A stretch of DNA of 64,000 bases from Bugula neritina (Eukaryota > Animalia > Bryozoa), in NCBI GenBank assembly GCA_964035545.1, contig OZ037769.1:2852001-2916000 (forward strand). Direction: 5' to 3'. The notes beneath the pieces are model-generated. The model searched no databases. It saw only the letters and a list, made by a program, of their open reading frames with translations, and had not been told where the DNA came from. Position numbers and translations under genes: made by a program. Shown piece by piece: positions 62,029 to 64,000 of the stretch (positions within the stretch are counted from its first letter, which is position 1; the number at the start of each line of letters is the position of its first letter).

Positions 62029-64000
62029 ATGTTTCTGCTCTTGTTGTCATCTCTGGTTTTTGTGAAAGAAGCAGCCACAGCTTTAGCTACAAAACCAAAC
62101 ATTGTGATTGTTGTGGCTGATGATTTGGTGAGTCATTTTTATACTTTATTTCTGTTTACTCATTCTTTATTAGAAAGTTTTTAAATGTACTTGAAATTAT
62201 ATTTTTTTCAATATTGATTTTAAAGCAAAATAACTGACTATTTCCATATGTAGGGTTACACAGATGTGGGGTTTAATGGTGGAGATCAGATTCCAACTCC
62301 TAATATAGATTGGCTAGCAAAGAGAGGCGTCATACTAAGTAACTATTACACTGCTAAGATTTGTACCCCATCAAGAGGCTCTCTACTTACTGGAAGACAT
62401 CAAATGCAACTCGGTTTACAGAGATCAGTAATATTTCCATCTGCACCATACGGTTTGGGGCTAAATGAGACGCTCCTTCCTCAGTACCTCAAGAAATATG
62501 GCTATTCTACTCACATGGTTGGAAAGGTAAGTGCTAAATTCATTGAACTTGTATACTTATTACTTGTTATTTAGTTTAGTCATTTTATTGAGATACACTA
62601 ACTGCAAAATATGGGTTTCAACAATTTTAGAAAATGATTAATGCAATTTAATTAGTAATTCAATGTTCAACTCAACTTGTTTTTTAATAAAGACATTTTG
62701 GCAAAGTAGTTTGCCAACATCATGATATTAACATCAAAAAAAGTTTATTAATCTTGTATGCTTGCTGTTATTTTCAATAGCATTTAAAAAGAAATTTGTT
62801 GTTAAAAAGACCATTACGAAATTATTTCTTTGTACTTGCAGTGGCACCTGGGATATTATAAGCTAGACTACACCCCTACCAGGCGTGGGTTTGATACCCA
62901 CTTTGGTGTATGGAATGGGAAATCTGATTACTTCTCACACTATGATACTGACTGGGGTGTAAATATCTTTACTTTATGTTTTGCTGAATCATACTATTTC
63001 ATATAATCAAAAATGACTAGCTATCGTTACTCTGGTCAATGTTCACTTGCAGAGTGGTTTGTTATAGTTCTTTGATGTTTATGTTTTCAACTGTGCTTGA
63101 TGCCTGTTCCAAGCATTAGTCCATTTGCGCAAAAATTGAGAAGGCACTAGAAAATTTATCTGTGAACCCAGGCTATACTTTTGTTACGGTTTAGGGCTAT
63201 GGTTTACTAATCCCCTGCCTTCTTTGTTGTAGGAGGTAGAAAAGCAGTTAAATACTCATCTTTTAGTATTTCTTCATTGTTTTATCAGGCATTAATCGTA
63301 GATAAACTTAATTTGATTTCAATTGAGACTAGTTTGTCAATTATTGCATTTCTCTGATTGTAGGTTCATTCGAACGAGTCTGGTATAGACTTATGGGACA
63401 ATCTTCGAGTAGCTAGTGAGTACAATGGCTCTTACATCACTCAGCTTTATGGCCAAAAGGCAGTGGAGATTATTAAAAATCATAACCAATCAAATGTGAG
63501 AAATACTACAGGGCAACTGATTTTGTATTTCATAGCATAGAAGTTTGCTCAAAAGTTGTCCATATGATATACAAATGATATAAAACATATTTAATTAAAA
63601 AAAATAATACTATATAAAATTGAAATATTCTGTTATTTCAATAATTTGTTGGATGATATTTATTTTGTGTTTATATGTTTTTTATTTAATGCGTTCTAGA
63701 AAAATGTGCATATTTCAGCCATTCTTCCTGTATCTGGCGCACCAAGCTGTACACAACGGGATTAGTCCACAACCACTCAAAGCTCCTCAGGAATATTTGG
63801 ATAAATTTAGTTTTATAACTCATGATGGTAGAAGGAGATATGCAGGTTAGATATGCTGTGATGTAGTATACAGGATTTTATTAGTTGTGTTGCATAACAG
63901 TTAGTTGCATGTCATGTCTTCAGTGTTTCATGGAAGTAAATGGTGGACAGTGTTAGTTGTTTTATATTTTACCTTTCCTGATTTTTTTTCATTATTCAGG
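62029..64000 (+). CDS. Arylsulfatase copy B (tandem paralog, 3' end beyond window)
   Basis: MFLLLLSSLVFVKEAATALATKPNIVIVVADDL|GYTDVG...CTPSRGSLLTGR...GK|WHLG...RRGFDTHFG. Exons start near 62029, 62254, 62842, 63364 and 63719. Confidence 0.92.

Overview
AT-rich, intron-containing animal genomic DNA, probably from an invertebrate (inferred from gene content; species not identifiable here). All gene models were built by hand from splice signals and reading-frame continuity. (1) 0.1-17.5 kb: four co-oriented genes for secreted, apparently protease-processed, low-complexity proteins, whose signal-peptide exons the ORF track misses. Three are strongly cationic: one has an Asn/Gly repeat tail, one is a ~1030-aa Lys/His-rich protein, and one ends in amphipathic helices. 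The fourth is a hyper-acidic polyprotein of ~21 SFEDDYDYEDDLEER-type units. This polycation/polyanion secretory cluster is the best candidate for an undescribed system. (2) 18.4-22.1 kb, minus strand: galactose-3-O-sulfotransferase-like gene with a degenerate PAPS-binding loop. (3) 24.2-47.9 kb: two tandem SLC22 transporter paralogs. (4) 48.2-53.8 kb: a solo LTR next to a very recent Gypsy-like LTR element that lacks RT/RNaseH and the integrase core but carries a spliced zinc-finger accessory gene. (5) 55.8-64 kb: two tandem arylsulfatase (ARSB/I/J-like) paralogs with gene-conversion tracts; the second runs off the window. MITEs, tRNA-derived SINE fragments and micro/minisatellites are scattered through the window.
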